DNA of 64,000 nt from Macrostomum lignano (taxonomy: Eukaryota), in NCBI GenBank assembly GCA_002269645.1, contig NIVC01001082.1:76921-140920 (forward strand). Reading direction: 5' to 3'. Each line of letters starts with the position of its first letter. Within the stretch, counting starts at the first letter, position 1. The notes beneath the pieces were generated by a model, which was given only the letters and a program-made list of their open reading frames with translations, made no database searches and had not been told where the DNA came from. The position numbers and the translations under genes are program-made. This document shows, in pieces, positions 1 to 11,884 of the stretch.

Positions 1-2067
1 GTCCTGGATTGCCTTCACTTTGGCTGGGTCCCGCTTGAGCTGATCTCCTTCCAATAAGTAGCCTAGAAACTTGATCGAAGTCTTGCGGAATTCACTTTTC
101 GCCGTGTTGATCTTCAATCCTTGCTGGTTTAGTCGATGCAATACTTCCGTCTCACGAACTGCCAATTGTTCTACGCCTTTGCCGCATATCAATATGTCGT
201 CTACGTAGGCAATGGCGCCAGGAATTCCTTGTAGGACTTGGCTAATGTACCGCTGGAAGATCGCAGGTGCTTTTTTCACTGCGAACGGAAGCTTGTTGAA
301 AGCGAACATCCCAAATGGTGTTGACATTACTGTCAGCTCTTTGGAAGCTTCATCTAGTGGGATCTGGTGATAAGCTTTCTCTAGGTCCAGACGAGTGTAT
401 ATCCGGCTGCCAGCAGCAGTTGCAATCACTTCGTCAGGTGCAGGCATCGGATATGAATCGTTGATAAGATGAGAATTGATTGTCACCTTGTAGTCGACGC
501 AAAGTCTGAGCTTTCCAGAAGGTTTTTTGACCACGACAATTGGTGAGGCCCATTCACTGAACTTGACGGGCTTGATGGTGTCTTCTTCAAGCAACCGATC
601 GATTTCATCCTTGACTCCCTGTCTGAGTGCGAAGGGTAGCGGCCTGGGTTTGCAATGAATTGGAGTGGTTCCTTCCTTGATCTTAAGAGTTACTGGTGGA
701 AATTCGCATGACTGGGTTGCCGATGTGCAGCTGTTGTCTACAGCGTTTAGCGTGAAATTGAGCTTGTCTCGGCCAACCAGAACAAAGTTCCTCTGCGATT
801 CCACAATGAAGAATGTGATTGGAATGAACTCGTCATTGTACTCCAACTCAGTGTCGTGTGTTCCAAAGACCTTCATCTGCGTATCAGCGTATGTTGTCAG
901 AACAGTGTCTGTAGGTGTCAGCTTTGGACAACCCAATCGTTTCCAGATCGTTTTTGACATTACCGAAACTCCTGCCCCAGTATCGATTTGTGCGTTCACG
1001 CTAAGCATCGACCCGCTCGTGTGTCTGAGCCTAACAGGCACGGTGTAGCTATCAACGGGATGTCGAATGTGAAAACAATCCTCCTGTTCAGCTTCGCTTG
1101 CATCTACAAAGCTTGTGGTCCTTGGCCACACTGCAGCTCGCCTAAATTGACCAGATGCTGACGGGCTTTTGAACGATTTTCGGCCTTTGCCAAAACCAGT
1201 TGATTTCGTTTTGCAAACTGTTGCGAAGTGGTTTTGCATGCCACATTTGTTGCACGTTTTTCCTTTCGCAGGACACCCTCCATTGGAGCCATGCATTGTG
1301 CCACATCTGCCACACTTGGAGCTTGTAGAGTGGGAGCCTCTGGCCACCGATGCTGAAATTTTCATTACTTCAGAAGACTGCGGCTGACTGGTGCAACCCT
1401 TTAGTATTTGCGTTTGTGATAGGTTCTGGTGCGCCTCAGCGATGTTGATAGCTGTCTCAAACTTGAGGGTGCTGAAGTCCTGTTCCAATAACTTGCTGAT
1501 GGCCACCTTGTCATTCAAACCGAATACGAGCTGATCTCTCAGTCTCTCATCTCTGGATAGGCCAAACTGACACTTGTCTGCCTGCATGCAGAGTTGCTGT
1601 GCATACTCACGAATGCTCATTGATGCCGTGCGAGTGATATGCTGGAAATTGAATCTCTCAGCCATGACGAACGTCTTTGGTTCCAGGATGCTGGCCAGTG
1701 GTTTGGTCAGTTCATCGAAGCTCTTTTCTCCCGGCTTCTTGGGAGCGGCTCGATCTGCCAATGCGTCGTACAGCTTGGTGCTGAGCTTCATCAGCAGCAG
1801 CTTGTTTTTCGTGTCGTCCTGCCAGCCGTTAATTTCGCTGCACAGTGTGAATCGGTCCAACCACCTCTGGAAGTTCGAACTTTCATCGAGTTTTTCGATG
1901 TCAACTTGCTGTCGTCTCGATACTTGTGCGCTTGGGTTCTGCGCTGTCGCTGTTGCCGACTTTGTCGCTTGGACTGATTTCGACGAGATCGCAAGCGGTG
2001 GTGCTTTGTCGCTCGAAACCGTTTTACCAACTCCTTTAGTTGGCGATGCTGGCGTACTTCCAGGCAT
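1..2067 (-). CDS. Gag-Pol polyprotein (gag with two Zn knuckles, aspartic protease, reverse transcriptase), 3' truncated by window edge
   Basis: Manual translation: MPGSTPASP...; CGRCGTMH..CPAKGKTCNKCGMQNHFATVC; protease QIDTGAGVS; RT motifs WASPIVVVKKPSGKLRLCVDY, LDLEKAYHQI, AYVDDILI. No stop seen. Confidence 0.93.
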   Translation of the reverse strand, partial: MPGSTPASPTKGVGKTVSSDKAPPLAISSKSVQATKSATATAQNPSAQVSRRQQVDIEKLDESSNFQRWLDRFTLCSEINGWQDDTKNKLLLMKLSTKLYDALADRAAPKKPGEKSFDELTKPLASILEPKTFVMAERFNFQHITRTASMSIREYAQQLCMQADKCQFGLSRDERLRDQLVFGLNDKVAISKLLEQDFSTLKFETAINIAEAHQNLSQTQILKGCTSQPQSSEVMKISASVARGSHSTSSKCGRCGTMHGSNGGCPAKGKTCNKCGMQNHFATVCKTKSTGFGKGRKSFKSPSASGQFRRAAVWPRTTSFVDASEAEQEDCFHIRHPVDSYTVPVRLRHTSGSMLSVNAQIDTGAGVSVMSKTIWKRLGCPKLTPTDTVLTTYADTQMKVFGTHDTELEYNDEFIPITFFIVESQRNFVLVGRDKLNFTLNAVDNSCTSATQSCEFPPVTLKIKEGTTPIHCKPRPLPFALRQGVKDEIDRLLEEDTIKPVKFSEWASPIVVVKKPSGKLRLCVDYKVTINSHLINDSYPMPAPDEVIATAAGSRIYTRLDLEKAYHQIPLDEASKELTVMSTPFGMFAFNKLPFAVKKAPAIFQRYISQVLQGIPGAIAYVDDILICGKGVEQLAVRETEVLHRLNQQGLKINTAKSEFRKTSIKFLGYLLEGDQLKRDPAKVKAIQD

Positions 2068-2094
2068 TTTCGTAGCCTATGCTTGCGACGCCAC

Positions 2095-2252
2095 TGTTGT
2101 GCTTTTGGCTTTAGCATTTGGCAAATGTCAGTCTAGCGGTCTGTTGACCTCTGACGCGTCTATCCTTTATTTTATAACTCAATAGCATGGTTCAATCCAT
2201 CAACGCAGTCGCGTAACAAAAATCTCTATGGCAAAGCCATCAACCCACAACA
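2095..2252 (-). repeat. 5' LTR (158 bp)
   Basis: 7-bp terminal inverted repeat TGTTGTG/CACAACA, internal polyA signal, abuts the PBS. Confidence 0.75.
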
Positions 2253-2818
2253 CCTGGCCAGAGTGGCCCATTCATTATATTCAAAGAGTTTAACCATGAA
2301 TACCAATGTCTAAACTGTGGCTTTTAAAATTATGCACTTGACTTATGAGCACTTGCTCAAACAAGTTGATAGAGGTTAGATCAATAGATAATCTCTCAGC
2401 GTGTTAGGGGCGTGATGATGTGAGAGGGCTTGACTCCCTCGGTGTCAACAGCTTCCAGATATTTGCTATAGCAAAACACACAAGCATCGAGAATTGCTTA
2501 GGCAAAGGAATCGCGTATCAAACACCCTCAGAAAGCCTCTCGATATGGCCCTTGGTCCTATGGGCACCACACTCGAATTGATGGCCGAACAAGCTTAGTG
2601 ATAGTTGGCACAGGTGCATTGAACTTGAAACGAATTCAACCGAGTTTGTAAAAGGCCTTCAACAGATAGGGGTGATTGTTTGATTTAAAAAAAAACTTGA
2701 GCCTCACTGTGTGAACAGCTGATATATCTGCAGTATATCTACCTATAAGCTAGCTAGATCTTGCTACATATTTGACTTTGAAGCCTATTCAGCCCACTGC
2801 TCCTGTCTAGGCTAAGCC

Positions 2819-3589
2819 ATGCCATGTCAAAGATTCCATCTATCGTACGTGATACTGATTGCTACGGCTCACCTATTCATCTCGGGCGCTGCCATCGCTT
2901 GCCCGTCGGGCACCACTCGAATTGATGGCTCAACCAGGTCCTGGTGCGTCAGATGGTACGCCAACGGCGCCACCTTCTGCAACGCTGTGAAGACATGTCG
3001 CGCGAACGGCGAGGAAATGATCGACAAGGAGGTGTTCGACGCCATGAGGGCAGAAAGTTCGCTATTCGGCGACATGTTTTGGTGGGTCGGACTCACCGAC
3101 GCTCTGAAGGAAATGGGCACCAGCAAGACTGGCTGGGTGTGGCTGAACACGCGTCAGGAGCTCACCGCTGCAGATGACTACTTCTACTCTGCTGAGCCAA
3201 ACGACAGAACACATCAGGACTGCGCTACGACCTACAAGAAGCTGAATCGGATCAGAGACGAGTCCTGCAGTGCCAAGCGTCCGTTCTACTGCTATCTGGA
3301 AGGGTTCAAGAAGCCATCGCCTTCGAGGCTGCAGTTCAAGCGGACTCATATTGCAAGCTACAGCCAGTTGGACCCCGGATGTTGGTTGAAATGGACCGGA
3401 ATCCGCGCCATATCAAAGTGCGCCTACTTATGTGTTAGCCAGGGATCATTGACGGACTGCATCGGATTCTACTGGCATCCCTGGAGGCTGGAGTGCTTCA
3501 TCCTGCCCTACTTCGACGCCTCTGTGCCTCTTGGCTTCGACACTGATGAAGAGAAGCGGAAGTGGCGCAAGTACCTACGGGTTCTGTAG
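2819..3589 (+). CDS. Secreted C-type lectin domain protein with C-terminal PAN/apple-like domain, intronless (256 aa)
   Basis: Hydrophobic signal peptide ending GAAIA; CTLD hallmarks (WC, A...C, WWVGL, EPN, C...C...FYC); C-terminal CAYLC...CIGFYW...CFIL pattern. Confidence 0.85.
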   Translation: MPCQRFHLSYVILIATAHLFISGAAIACPSGTTRIDGSTRSWCVRWYANGATFCNAVKTCRANGEEMIDKEVFDAMRAESSLFGDMFWWVGLTDALKEMGTSKTGWVWLNTRQELTAADDYFYSAEPNDRTHQDCATTYKKLNRIRDESCSAKRPFYCYLEGFKKPSPSRLQFKRTHIASYSQLDPGCWLKWTGIRAISKCAYLCVSQGSLTDCIGFYWHPWRLECFILPYFDASVPLGFDTDEEKRKWRKYLRVL

Positions 3590-4377
3590 GATACTCAAGG
3601 ATAACTACAGAGGATACTACAGAAGACAACACCTGGAGAGTCAACTTCTCAACCGAAGCGATCAATACTGTACCCCACCGATTAACTAGATCGACCGAAT
3701 GAACTCTGTCCGATGTTTAAGACAACATTGTTACTGTTCCAACTGTCAGAAAGCTACATTTTAAACAATTACAATCAAAGGACTGCCCGGGTTACGCATA
3801 CGATGATTGTTTGTACTACCTATTTTCTTTACTATCGTCTTGACAACCTTATCTGACACCGAAACCCCCCCCCCCCACGGGACAGTTGCTGACCACCTGA
3901 ACTGCGGGTTGGGGGCGGAGCAACTCAACGGTAAACGCGTGATTCCCAGCAATGAGTGCCAGCCCCACCTCAAGGCACAGAGACTGTATTGACGTATATT
4001 TATTGCCATGTAATTGCTCCCTATAATTAAAAGCAGAAAATATAAAATCCAGTAAAAACAAGAAGTTGCAAGTTGGTGGTAATAAAAATAGCGCTATTAA
4101 TTACATCAGAGTAAATATAAGCGAAGTAATGTGAATTGCACTGCACGTACATGTATATTTACATGCTGATCGAATAAACAAATAATGTTCATTTTCTGTT
4201 GCTTTAAAAGATAAAATAGCGTACAACATCCAATTGTACAGTTAATTGTTAAAAACGCAATCAAATAATTTTACGAGTATTCAGCAACTACCCGGCTGCC
4301 AACTTGCAAATAATGGCACAAAATTATTTTAGAATATCTGCATAATTCTAAGTTTAGAACGTCAAGGGTAAGGGTCA

Positions 4378-4693
4378 GGGGGAACTGACACTAAAGGAAC
4401 AGCAGGAACTGATACTGAAGGAACAGCGGGAACTGACACTGAAGGAAGAGTGGCAACTGACACTGAAGGAAGAGTGGCAACTGACACTAAAGGAACAGCG
4501 GGAGCTGACACTGAAGGAAGAGTGGGAACTGACACTAAAGGAACAGCGGGAACTGACACTGAAGGAACAGCGGGAACTGACACTAAAGGAACAGTGGGAG
4601 CTGACACTAAAGGAACAGCGGGAGCTGACACTAAAGGAACTGTGGGAGCTGACACTAGAGGAACAGCGGGACCTGACACTGAAGGAACAGACA
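4378..4693. repeat. 24-bp minisatellite (GGAACTGACACTRAAGGAACAGCG)
   Basis: About 13 tandem units; explains ORFs 4362-4694, 4375-4728 and 4450-4719. Confidence 0.95.
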
Positions 4694-4724
4694 CTACGGA
4701 GCAGAACCGATGGCACTGACAGTC

Positions 4725-6136
4725 TCATTCGTCATCAGCGGCGCCAGCGCCAGCTGTTAGACACTCGCGCGCCTCGGCCAGCAGCTGCAGCAGCTCCGCT
4801 TTGGTCTCAGAGCTGAGTCTGGCGCCGCCGCCGCCTCCAACAGAGCTGCAGCCCAGAGCTCTGGCAAACTCAGCCAGCCGATCAATCAGCACTTCATTGT
4901 CGGCAACGCATCGACGCAAATAGCGCAGCTCCGCTATGAGGCGCGCGCCGCGACTGCGCGCTTTCTCAAATAGGCGCAACAGATTAGAGTAGAGCTGCTG
5001 CTTCTCCTCTCTGTAGCTGGTGTTGGGGTGGCGCTGGCAGGCGGCGGGTCAGCTGATTCAGCGGCGCGCTTAGCCGGAGGCGAATCCGACGCTGGCGGCG
5101 CCGGCGGTCGCTTCTTTGATGACGTCACCGACTGAACGTTCGCGATGGTTGGCTGTTGCAACAGCAACTGCTGCTGCTGCTGTTGTAATTGCAGTTGCTG
5201 CTGCAACAGAAGCATCTGCTGTTGCTGCTGCAGTCCCATAGGCGCTGCTGCTGCACCGGCTGTTGGTTGCAGGCCGCCTTGGGGAGCGATGAGCAAATTG
5301 ACAGTGACGAGGCCTTGCGGAGTCTGGATCTGGGCCGGGATGGCGAAACTGGTCAGAGGCAGAGCGGCCGCAGAGGTGGAAGCGGCCGGGTTAGCGGCTA
5401 ACAGCTGCGGACTGGACAGAACTGTCGGGGGTTCGAATTTTGTTACGCGAATCTCTTCGTCAGCAGCGGAGGCGGCATCGGCACCGAAGTTCTGCGGAGT
5501 GTACACGCATGACTTCTCAGATTAGAGATCAGAGGCTCATGTCAGTCTGTGCGGCAGTGAGTCAGTGAGTGAGTGAGTCAGTCAGTCAGTGGGTCAGCCA
5601 GTGGGTCAGCCAGTGGGTCAGTCAGTCAGTCAGTCAGTCAGTCAGTCAGTCAGTCAGTCAGTCAGTCAGTCAGTCAGTCAGTCAGTCAGTCAGTCAGTCA
5701 GTCAGTCAGTCAGTCAGTCAGTCAGTCAGTCAGTGGGACAGTCAGAACTCCACCTGATCAGTGAGTTACAGGTACTTACAGACTGACGCAGGCTGGAACC
5801 ACCTGGCTCCTCTTCGTCATCGTCCGAGTCGCCTGTTCGGCGGCGGAGGGGTCGAGAGGTTGGTGACCCATTCGTTGGCGTCGGAGTTTGCTGTATCGAC
5901 GAATTAGCTGACAGAGTACCTTCGGGATCGACATCGTCGAACGGTTTTCTATCGACACTGTTTTCATCGTCATCATTGCCGTTGTGCGGACTGTCAGCGT
6001 CGGCTGCTGAAGATTCTTGAAGCTCGCGAAATCTGTCAGCAACTAGATTTGACGGTTGCTGTTGCTGGGGGCTCAACTGAGGCGGGCCGTCTTGGCTGAC
6101 GCTGTCTTCGTCTGATAGGGCCACGGGAACGTGCAT
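4725..6136 (-). CDS. Unknown low-complexity protein with C-terminal coiled coil (weak TFPT/INO80E-like look); exons 6136-5780 and 5491-4725, apparent 1-nt frameshift near 5010
   Basis: GTAAGT donor after 5780 and CCGCAG acceptor before 5491, both phase 0. Frame A (..TPTPATE) switches to EEKQQLYSNLLRLFEKARSRGARLIAELRYLRR. Family resemblance is by eye only. Confidence 0.6.
5555..5733. repeat. (CAGT)n microsatellite in intron
   Basis: About 40 tandem CAGT units. Confidence 0.97.
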
Positions 6137-6164
6137 GGCCGCGGCTGGAATTGTTTGAGGGCGA

Positions 6165-7070
6165 TTCTGCAGGGTGTTTAAGGGTGATTCTTCCAGGTGT
6201 TTAAGGAGGTTTCTATAGGTGTTTAGGGACGATTCTATAGGTGTTTAGGGACGATTCTATAGGTGTTTAGGGACGATTCTATAGGTGTTTAAGGACGATT
6301 CTATAGGTGTTTAAGTGAGATTTTTCAGGGTGTTTAAGGGAGATTCTATAGGTTTTTAAGGACGATTCTATAGGTGTTTAAGTGAGATTTTTCAGGGTGT
6401 TTAAGGGAGATTCTATAGGTTTTTAAGGACGATTCTATTGGTGTTTAAGTGAGATTTTTCAGGGTGTTTAAGGGAGATTCTATAGGTTTTTAAGGACGAT
6501 TCTATAGGTGTTTAAGTGAGATTTTTCAGGGTGTTTAAGGGAGATTCTATAGGTGTTTAAGGACGATTCTATTGGTGTTTAAGAACGATTCTATAGGTGT
6601 TAAAGGACGATTCTATAGGTGTTTAAGGACGATTCTATAGGTGTTTAAGTGAGATTTTTCAGGGTGTTTAAGGGAGATTCTCTAGGTGTTTAAGGACGAT
6701 TCTATTGGTGTTTAAGGACGATTCTATAGGTGTTTAAGGACGATTCTATTGGTGTTTAAGAACGATTCTGCAGGGTGTTTGAGGGCGATTTTGCAGGGTG
6801 TTTAAGGGCGATTCTGCAGGGTGTTTAAGGGCGATTCTTTAGGTGTTTAAGGGCGATTCTGCAGGGTGTTTGAGGGCGATTCTGCAGGGTGTTTGAGGGC
6901 AAAATTAAATAACCGGTGTCTAAGGGCGATTCTGCAGGGTGTTCAAGAGCGATTCTTCTGGCTGTTTAGGGGCGATTCTTCTGGCTGTTTAAGAGCGATT
7001 CTTCTGGCTGTTTAGGGGCGATTCTTCTGGCTGTTTAGGGGCGATTCTTCTGGCTGTTTAAGAGCGATTT
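6165..7070. repeat. ~22-23-bp minisatellite (GTGTTTAAGGRCGATTCTRYAG)
   Basis: Tandem degenerate units; a related GGCGATTCT unit occurs at 9270-9450. Confidence 0.9.
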
Positions 7071-7684
7071 AGGAGCCATTCCTCAGGAAAAAAGAAACAA
7101 TAAGACTGTCATCACAATTTGAAGCTTCATGACTAATTGAAAAACCCGAACAATTAAAACAGAATAATATATTTGTGATACCCAGTTTTGATAAACAACT
7201 GTAAATAGCGACAGACAAGATACAACAGAGAGAATGTATTTAGCAAAATAAGTCACAGTAAATTATTAAAAAAGCACAAAAACTGGCAACTGGCTACTTA
7301 AACAGAATATTTAGATTATAGTAATATAGTATACAAGAAAGTGCACAATAACCGTAGCTAAAATTAGGTGCAATTAATGACATAATTTTAAACTGATTCT
7401 TAGAAATATATACACCAAAAAATTGAAATTAGATGTTATTAATAGAAAAATAAGTTTTAGACACGCAAGTGAATGTTTACATGAGCTGCACTTTTCAGAA
7501 GGGCATTATACCATTATATAACCGGTTGATTTAGAGGTTTGGGGACGCTATCAACTACTGAATAGTAAGTAGTAAAGCGACACAAAAGTATGTTATCAAT
7601 CAACACAATCATTATTTTTATTATTATGGAAAGTTAGCAAACAAGAAATTCATGCATTTTGTGTAAGAACGCCAACTATTTGGA

Positions 7685-8615
7685 GGGTAAAATGGGAGAT
7701 TTTAGGTAGGGTAATAAATGGAAGATATTAGGGAGGGTAATGAATGGGAGATTTTAGGGAGGGTAATAAATGGGAGATTTTAGGGAGGGTAATAAATGGG
7801 AGATTTTAGGGAAGGTAATAAATGGGAGATTTAGGGAGGGTAATAAATGGGAGATTTTAGGGAGGATAATAAATGGGAGATTTTAGGGAGGATAATAAAT
7901 TGGATTTTAGGGAGGGTAATAAATGGGAGATTTTAGGGAGGGTAATAAATGGGAGATTTTAGGGAGGATAATAAATTGGATTTTAGGGAGGATAATAAAT
8001 GGGAGATTTTAGGGAGGATAATAAATGGGAGATTTTAGGGAGGATAATAAATTGGATTTTAGGGAGGGTAATAAATGGGAGATTTTAGGGAGGGTAATAA
8101 ATGGGAGATTTTAGGGAGGGTAATAAATGGGAGATTTTAGGGAGGATAATAAATGGGAGATTTTAGGGAGGATAATAAATGGGAGATTTAGGGAGGATAA
8201 TAAATGGGAGATTTTAGGGAGGATAATAAATTGGATTTTAGGGAGGATAATAAATTGGATTTTAGGGAGGGTAATAAATGGGAAATTTTAGGTAGGGTAA
8301 TAAATGGAAGATATTAGGGAGGATAATAAATGGGAGATTTTAGGGAGGATAATAAATGGGAGATTTTAGGGAGGATAATAAATGGGAGATTTTAGGGAGG
8401 GTAATAAATTGGAGATTTTAGGGAAGGTAAATTGGGAGATTTTATGGTGGGTAATAAATGGGAGATTTTATGGTGGGTAATAAATGGGAGATTTTATGGT
8501 GGGTAATAAATGGGAGATTTTAGGTAAGGTGAAATGGGAGATTTTAGAGCGGGTAAAATGGGGGATTTTAGGGAGGGTAAATGGGAGATTTTAGGCAGGG
8601 TAAATAGGTAAATAG
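7685..8615. repeat. ~26-bp purine-rich minisatellite (GGGAGATTTTAGGGAGGRTAATAAAT)
   Basis: Tandem array visible directly. Confidence 0.93.
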
Positions 8616-8829
8616 GAGATTTTATGGAGAGAAAAAAAGCATTTTTAGGAAGAGTAAAGATTGAAAATAGTGATGATTTTACATTAGAAAAAACTTGCAT
8701 GTTGTAATAAGCAAAAATGTCAATGAACAATACATTGAATGATACGAATTTTAAACATAAAGACAGCTTACATAAAGTGAAAAAAACTGTTATTTTGACA
8801 GTCCTAGCTGGTTATTAAAGCAGAGCAAA

Positions 8830-10199
8830 TCAAATAACATCAACGATAACCACCTGTTCAGACTTCATGTGGCCGCCAAAGTCCAGAGACTGCTGTTGAA
8901 GCCCGAGACTGGCGCCGCTGCCGCCGGGACCGGAAGCTCCGACGGGCAGACCGGAAGTGACGGCAGCAGTGGCGGCGGCGGCAGATGAGCTGCCAGCTCC
9001 GCCAATGTCGCTCTGCCGATGGTGATGATAAGAAGACACGTGATGCGAACCGGACATTGCGCCGGCAGTCACCGGCCTACTGCTAGCGGCGCCTTCAATA
9101 GCCTGTTGAAGACAATCGCCGAATTCTTGCAGGATTGCGCGCTCCTGAGCGGCTGGCAGGTCTTCGGCTTTGTCAGCGAGATCGGCCCTGTTCACCAGGC
9201 AGGAGGCGACGCCTTCCAGCACCGGCTTGGTCAGAAAGTCGGCCACCGTGCTGACGGGGTGGTGAGGGTTAGGGCGATTCTCAATGATATTTTAGGGGCG
9301 ATTCTCAATGATATTTTAGGGGCGATTCTCAATGAGACTTTAGGGGCGATTCTCAATAGTTTATTGGGTGCTATTCTCAATGATTTATTAGGGGAGATTC
9401 TCAATAGTTTATTGGGTGCGATTCTCAATGGTTTATTAGGGGAGATTCTCAAGAGCAGCAAATCCCAGACAAAAAGGAAACAAGGGCCCCACTCTCACTT
9501 GTCAGTCGGGCGCTCATTACGCCGGTAGCCAGTCTCCGGCGGCGCCGTCTTATTCGTGGCCTCCATAAACTTGTTCAAGCAGCGCCGGTGCACGCTCTCC
9601 TCAGTGTTCTTGCAGCCCTGGCAGCGGCACATGTTAGTGCAACTAATCTTGGCCTCAAAGCATTCGCAATAGTTTTTCAGGCAGCCGCTTCGCTTACAGT
9701 TGCAGCCTTTGTTGTGCCGGCGTTCGCCTTCGCCTTTGCCAATTTTCGGATGAAATGCGAATGGATTTCGATTAAGCACAGATTTAATAGCCTTCTGCCT
9801 GACCTGCTCAAAGTCCAGATTATTCATGCAACCATTGCAATTGCAGTTATGGCACAGCTGGCCCTCAGAGAAGCATTCGCAATAGAGTTTCAAGCAGTGG
9901 CTCTTGTTGCAGTTGCAGCCGCGAAACTCCCCGGATGGTTGACCTGAGGCAGCTGCGGCGGTGTTGGCCTGATAGAAATTTCTAGGAATCCTGGGCTCGG
10001 ACCGTTTCCTAGACAGAGAACCATAGGAGATTGGATTGTAAATTGCCTGCTGCTGCTGTTGCTGAGGCGTCTGCTGCAGATGGTGGATACCAGAGCCAGA
10101 GGCATCCGACATCACCATGTACTGCAGCTGACCATCGGACTCATCTGCTAGTACCATACTAGGCCGGATAATTTCACTGTGCTGCACTAAGCGCTGCAT
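8830..10199 (-). CDS. lin54: LIN54/tesmin CRC-domain protein (DREAM/MuvB subunit); exons 10199-9499 and 9250-8830
   Basis: Two CXC motifs ([16 protein letters not shown]; [22 protein letters not shown]) with [10 protein letters not shown] linker. Exon 2 has [22 protein letters not shown], matching the LIN54 C-terminal helix. GTGAGA donor and CGTCAG acceptor, phase 2. Confidence 0.93.
9270..9450. repeat. 30-bp minisatellite in lin54 intron
   Basis: About 6 units of GGGGCGATTCTCAATGATATTTTA-like sequence. Confidence 0.85.
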
Positions 10200-10667
10200 T
10201 GTTGCTTTTACAATTGGCGATTATCTTTGATCAACTGATTGAGTAAAGATTGATAGCTTTTTGGCTGAGACTAGTTAACCATGAATACAATGATTATTTG
10301 TTAATTACCTGCTGAATATATGAAACTGATTGATCACATAATTAGCAACAAATAATTCTGCCCATTCTACTGACTTTTAAGCACATATATATGGTGTACA
10401 ATGGCTTTGTATCCTAAAGTGTGTCAAAACAAAGTACAGGTATACAATTTCTATTATTTATTTATATATTAGAAAGCAAAAAATAGTTAAAAGAGCAATT
10501 TAACAAAAATTATAATAAAAGTTTATATATTAGCAAATATTTTATAAGGTAAATTTATTTAATATACAATGTTAAAAAATCAAAGTCACCATAAAATATC
10601 AAAATCAAGGGTTTAAAAATAACATTGTCTATTCTAAATTAAGGAGAATTCTTCCTATTAATCATTT

Positions 10668-10953
10668 CATACATGCGCAACCTCCAAAATTCGGTCAGCC
10701 ATGCAACTTTTTAAAACAAAAAATGCAACATAGTTTTTGGCCAAAGATGTGACTTACATATAGAAGAAACCCTAAGGCAAAATTAACACAACTTTGGGTA
10801 AACGGCGGGAGTAACTATGACTGTATATTGCCTCGTTATCTATGTAGTACTACTTTGGTATTTATTCAGGTGGGCATTTTTGCGACTTACCTTGATTGGC
10901 CACCAAATTGGTCAGCCAGATTGGCCAACTCTGCCAACCGTTGCACATGTATG
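10668..10953 (+). mobile_element. hAT-type MITE copy A carrying a 28S rRNA-derived segment
   Basis: TIR CATACATGYGCAAC; perfect 8-bp TSD AATCATTT (10660-10667 / 10954-10961); GGGTAAACGGCGGGAGTAACTATGACT at 10796-10822. Confidence 0.92.
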
Positions 10954-11059
10954 AATCATTTCCTTTTTCTCTCAATCAATTTTCTTTCATTTAAACAATA
11001 CCCACTATTGGTAGAAAGGATAGAACAACAATGCACTTGTTAAGGGTCTAACTTAATTA

Positions 11060-11530
11060 CCAATCTACCTATCTACCTAAAAAATAAAACCCCCTCTCTC
11101 TCTATGTGCATGTATACAATGTGTTTGCTGAGGACTCCCAAACCACTCAACCAAATGTCACCAAATTTTGCATGTACCCTAAATGCACATCCCACTACAG
11201 AGAATGTCTATGCTATATAAAAATTTCTTAAATTCAATTTTTTATGCGTAAAAAAAGCAAAAACTGCTTAAAAGACATGACTTTTTCACAATTCTCCATA
11301 GCATTGTTCTACTTATACCTATTATCAATCCTACTCAAATTTGACACAACAATTTTCAACTATTGTGATGCAATCATACAAACTTTGCCTCAAAGTTAAT
11401 CCTAAATGGCATTATGCACTTTTAAACTTTGTCTAGTTTCTGTCAGCCTATTAACCACCCCAACCTCTGCCTCTCTCTTTTCTTTATCTGGCTAGTATAA
11501 AAAGGGTTTTGAAATCGACTAACTTATTTT
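11060..11530 (+). mobile_element. Dispersed non-autonomous repeat, DINE-1/HINE (Helentron-associated)-like, copy 1
   Basis: CTATCTAC start, microsatellite-like block, then GACTCCCAAAC..TCAACCAAAT..ACCAAA. Homologous to 15410-15885 in the opposite orientation. Classification is inferred. Confidence 0.6.
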
Positions 11531-11884
11531 AGTAAGAAAATAAATGCTAACAAAAACATATAATACAATTTTTCTTTTCAGCCAATGCATTTTGTCAATC
11601 ATAAGATATTGTTAGGGCCAATTCAATTCAACTCAATGCAATACACTCATTATATTTAAAAGCAAACTGTATAGTCCAAAGGCAAGTCAAGACAATCTGG
11701 TAGAATTTGAAGAGAGTCTAAGTATAGAATGAAGGGAAAGAGAGAAAATAGACATGACACTGCTCATAGTACTCTGAGCTCACATTCTACCCCATTGCTA
11801 GCTAGCTACATATTCAAGTTAGGTTTGCATTCTGATATATTTCAATAATAATCTTAAGCTTATGGTCAAATTTGCACCTATCTA

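Larger units (their letters stand above)
1..2252 (-). mobile_element. Ty3/gypsy LTR retrotransposon (Mag/K02A2.6-like), 5' half; runs off the window
   Basis: LTR 2095-2252 has TGTTGTG...CACAACA termini and an AATAAA on the minus strand. A PBS-like TGGCGTCGC follows directly. One gag-pol ORF starts at ATG 2067. Confidence 0.93.

Noticed and set aside
1574-2185. Plus-strand ORFs over gag
   Set aside because: Antisense shadows of the gag-pol frame.
2095-3727. Long LTR containing the lectin gene (ACAACA at 3626 and 3722; ACAACACCTGG at both 2247 and 3626)
   Set aside because: The 158-bp LTR has the better terminal match (7 bp), a polyA signal and a Mag-like size. The other LTR is outside the window, so this cannot be fully excluded.
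10796-10860. Genuine rRNA gene
   Set aside because: Only ~65 nt of homology, embedded in a MITE, with a degenerate core and no flanking rDNA.
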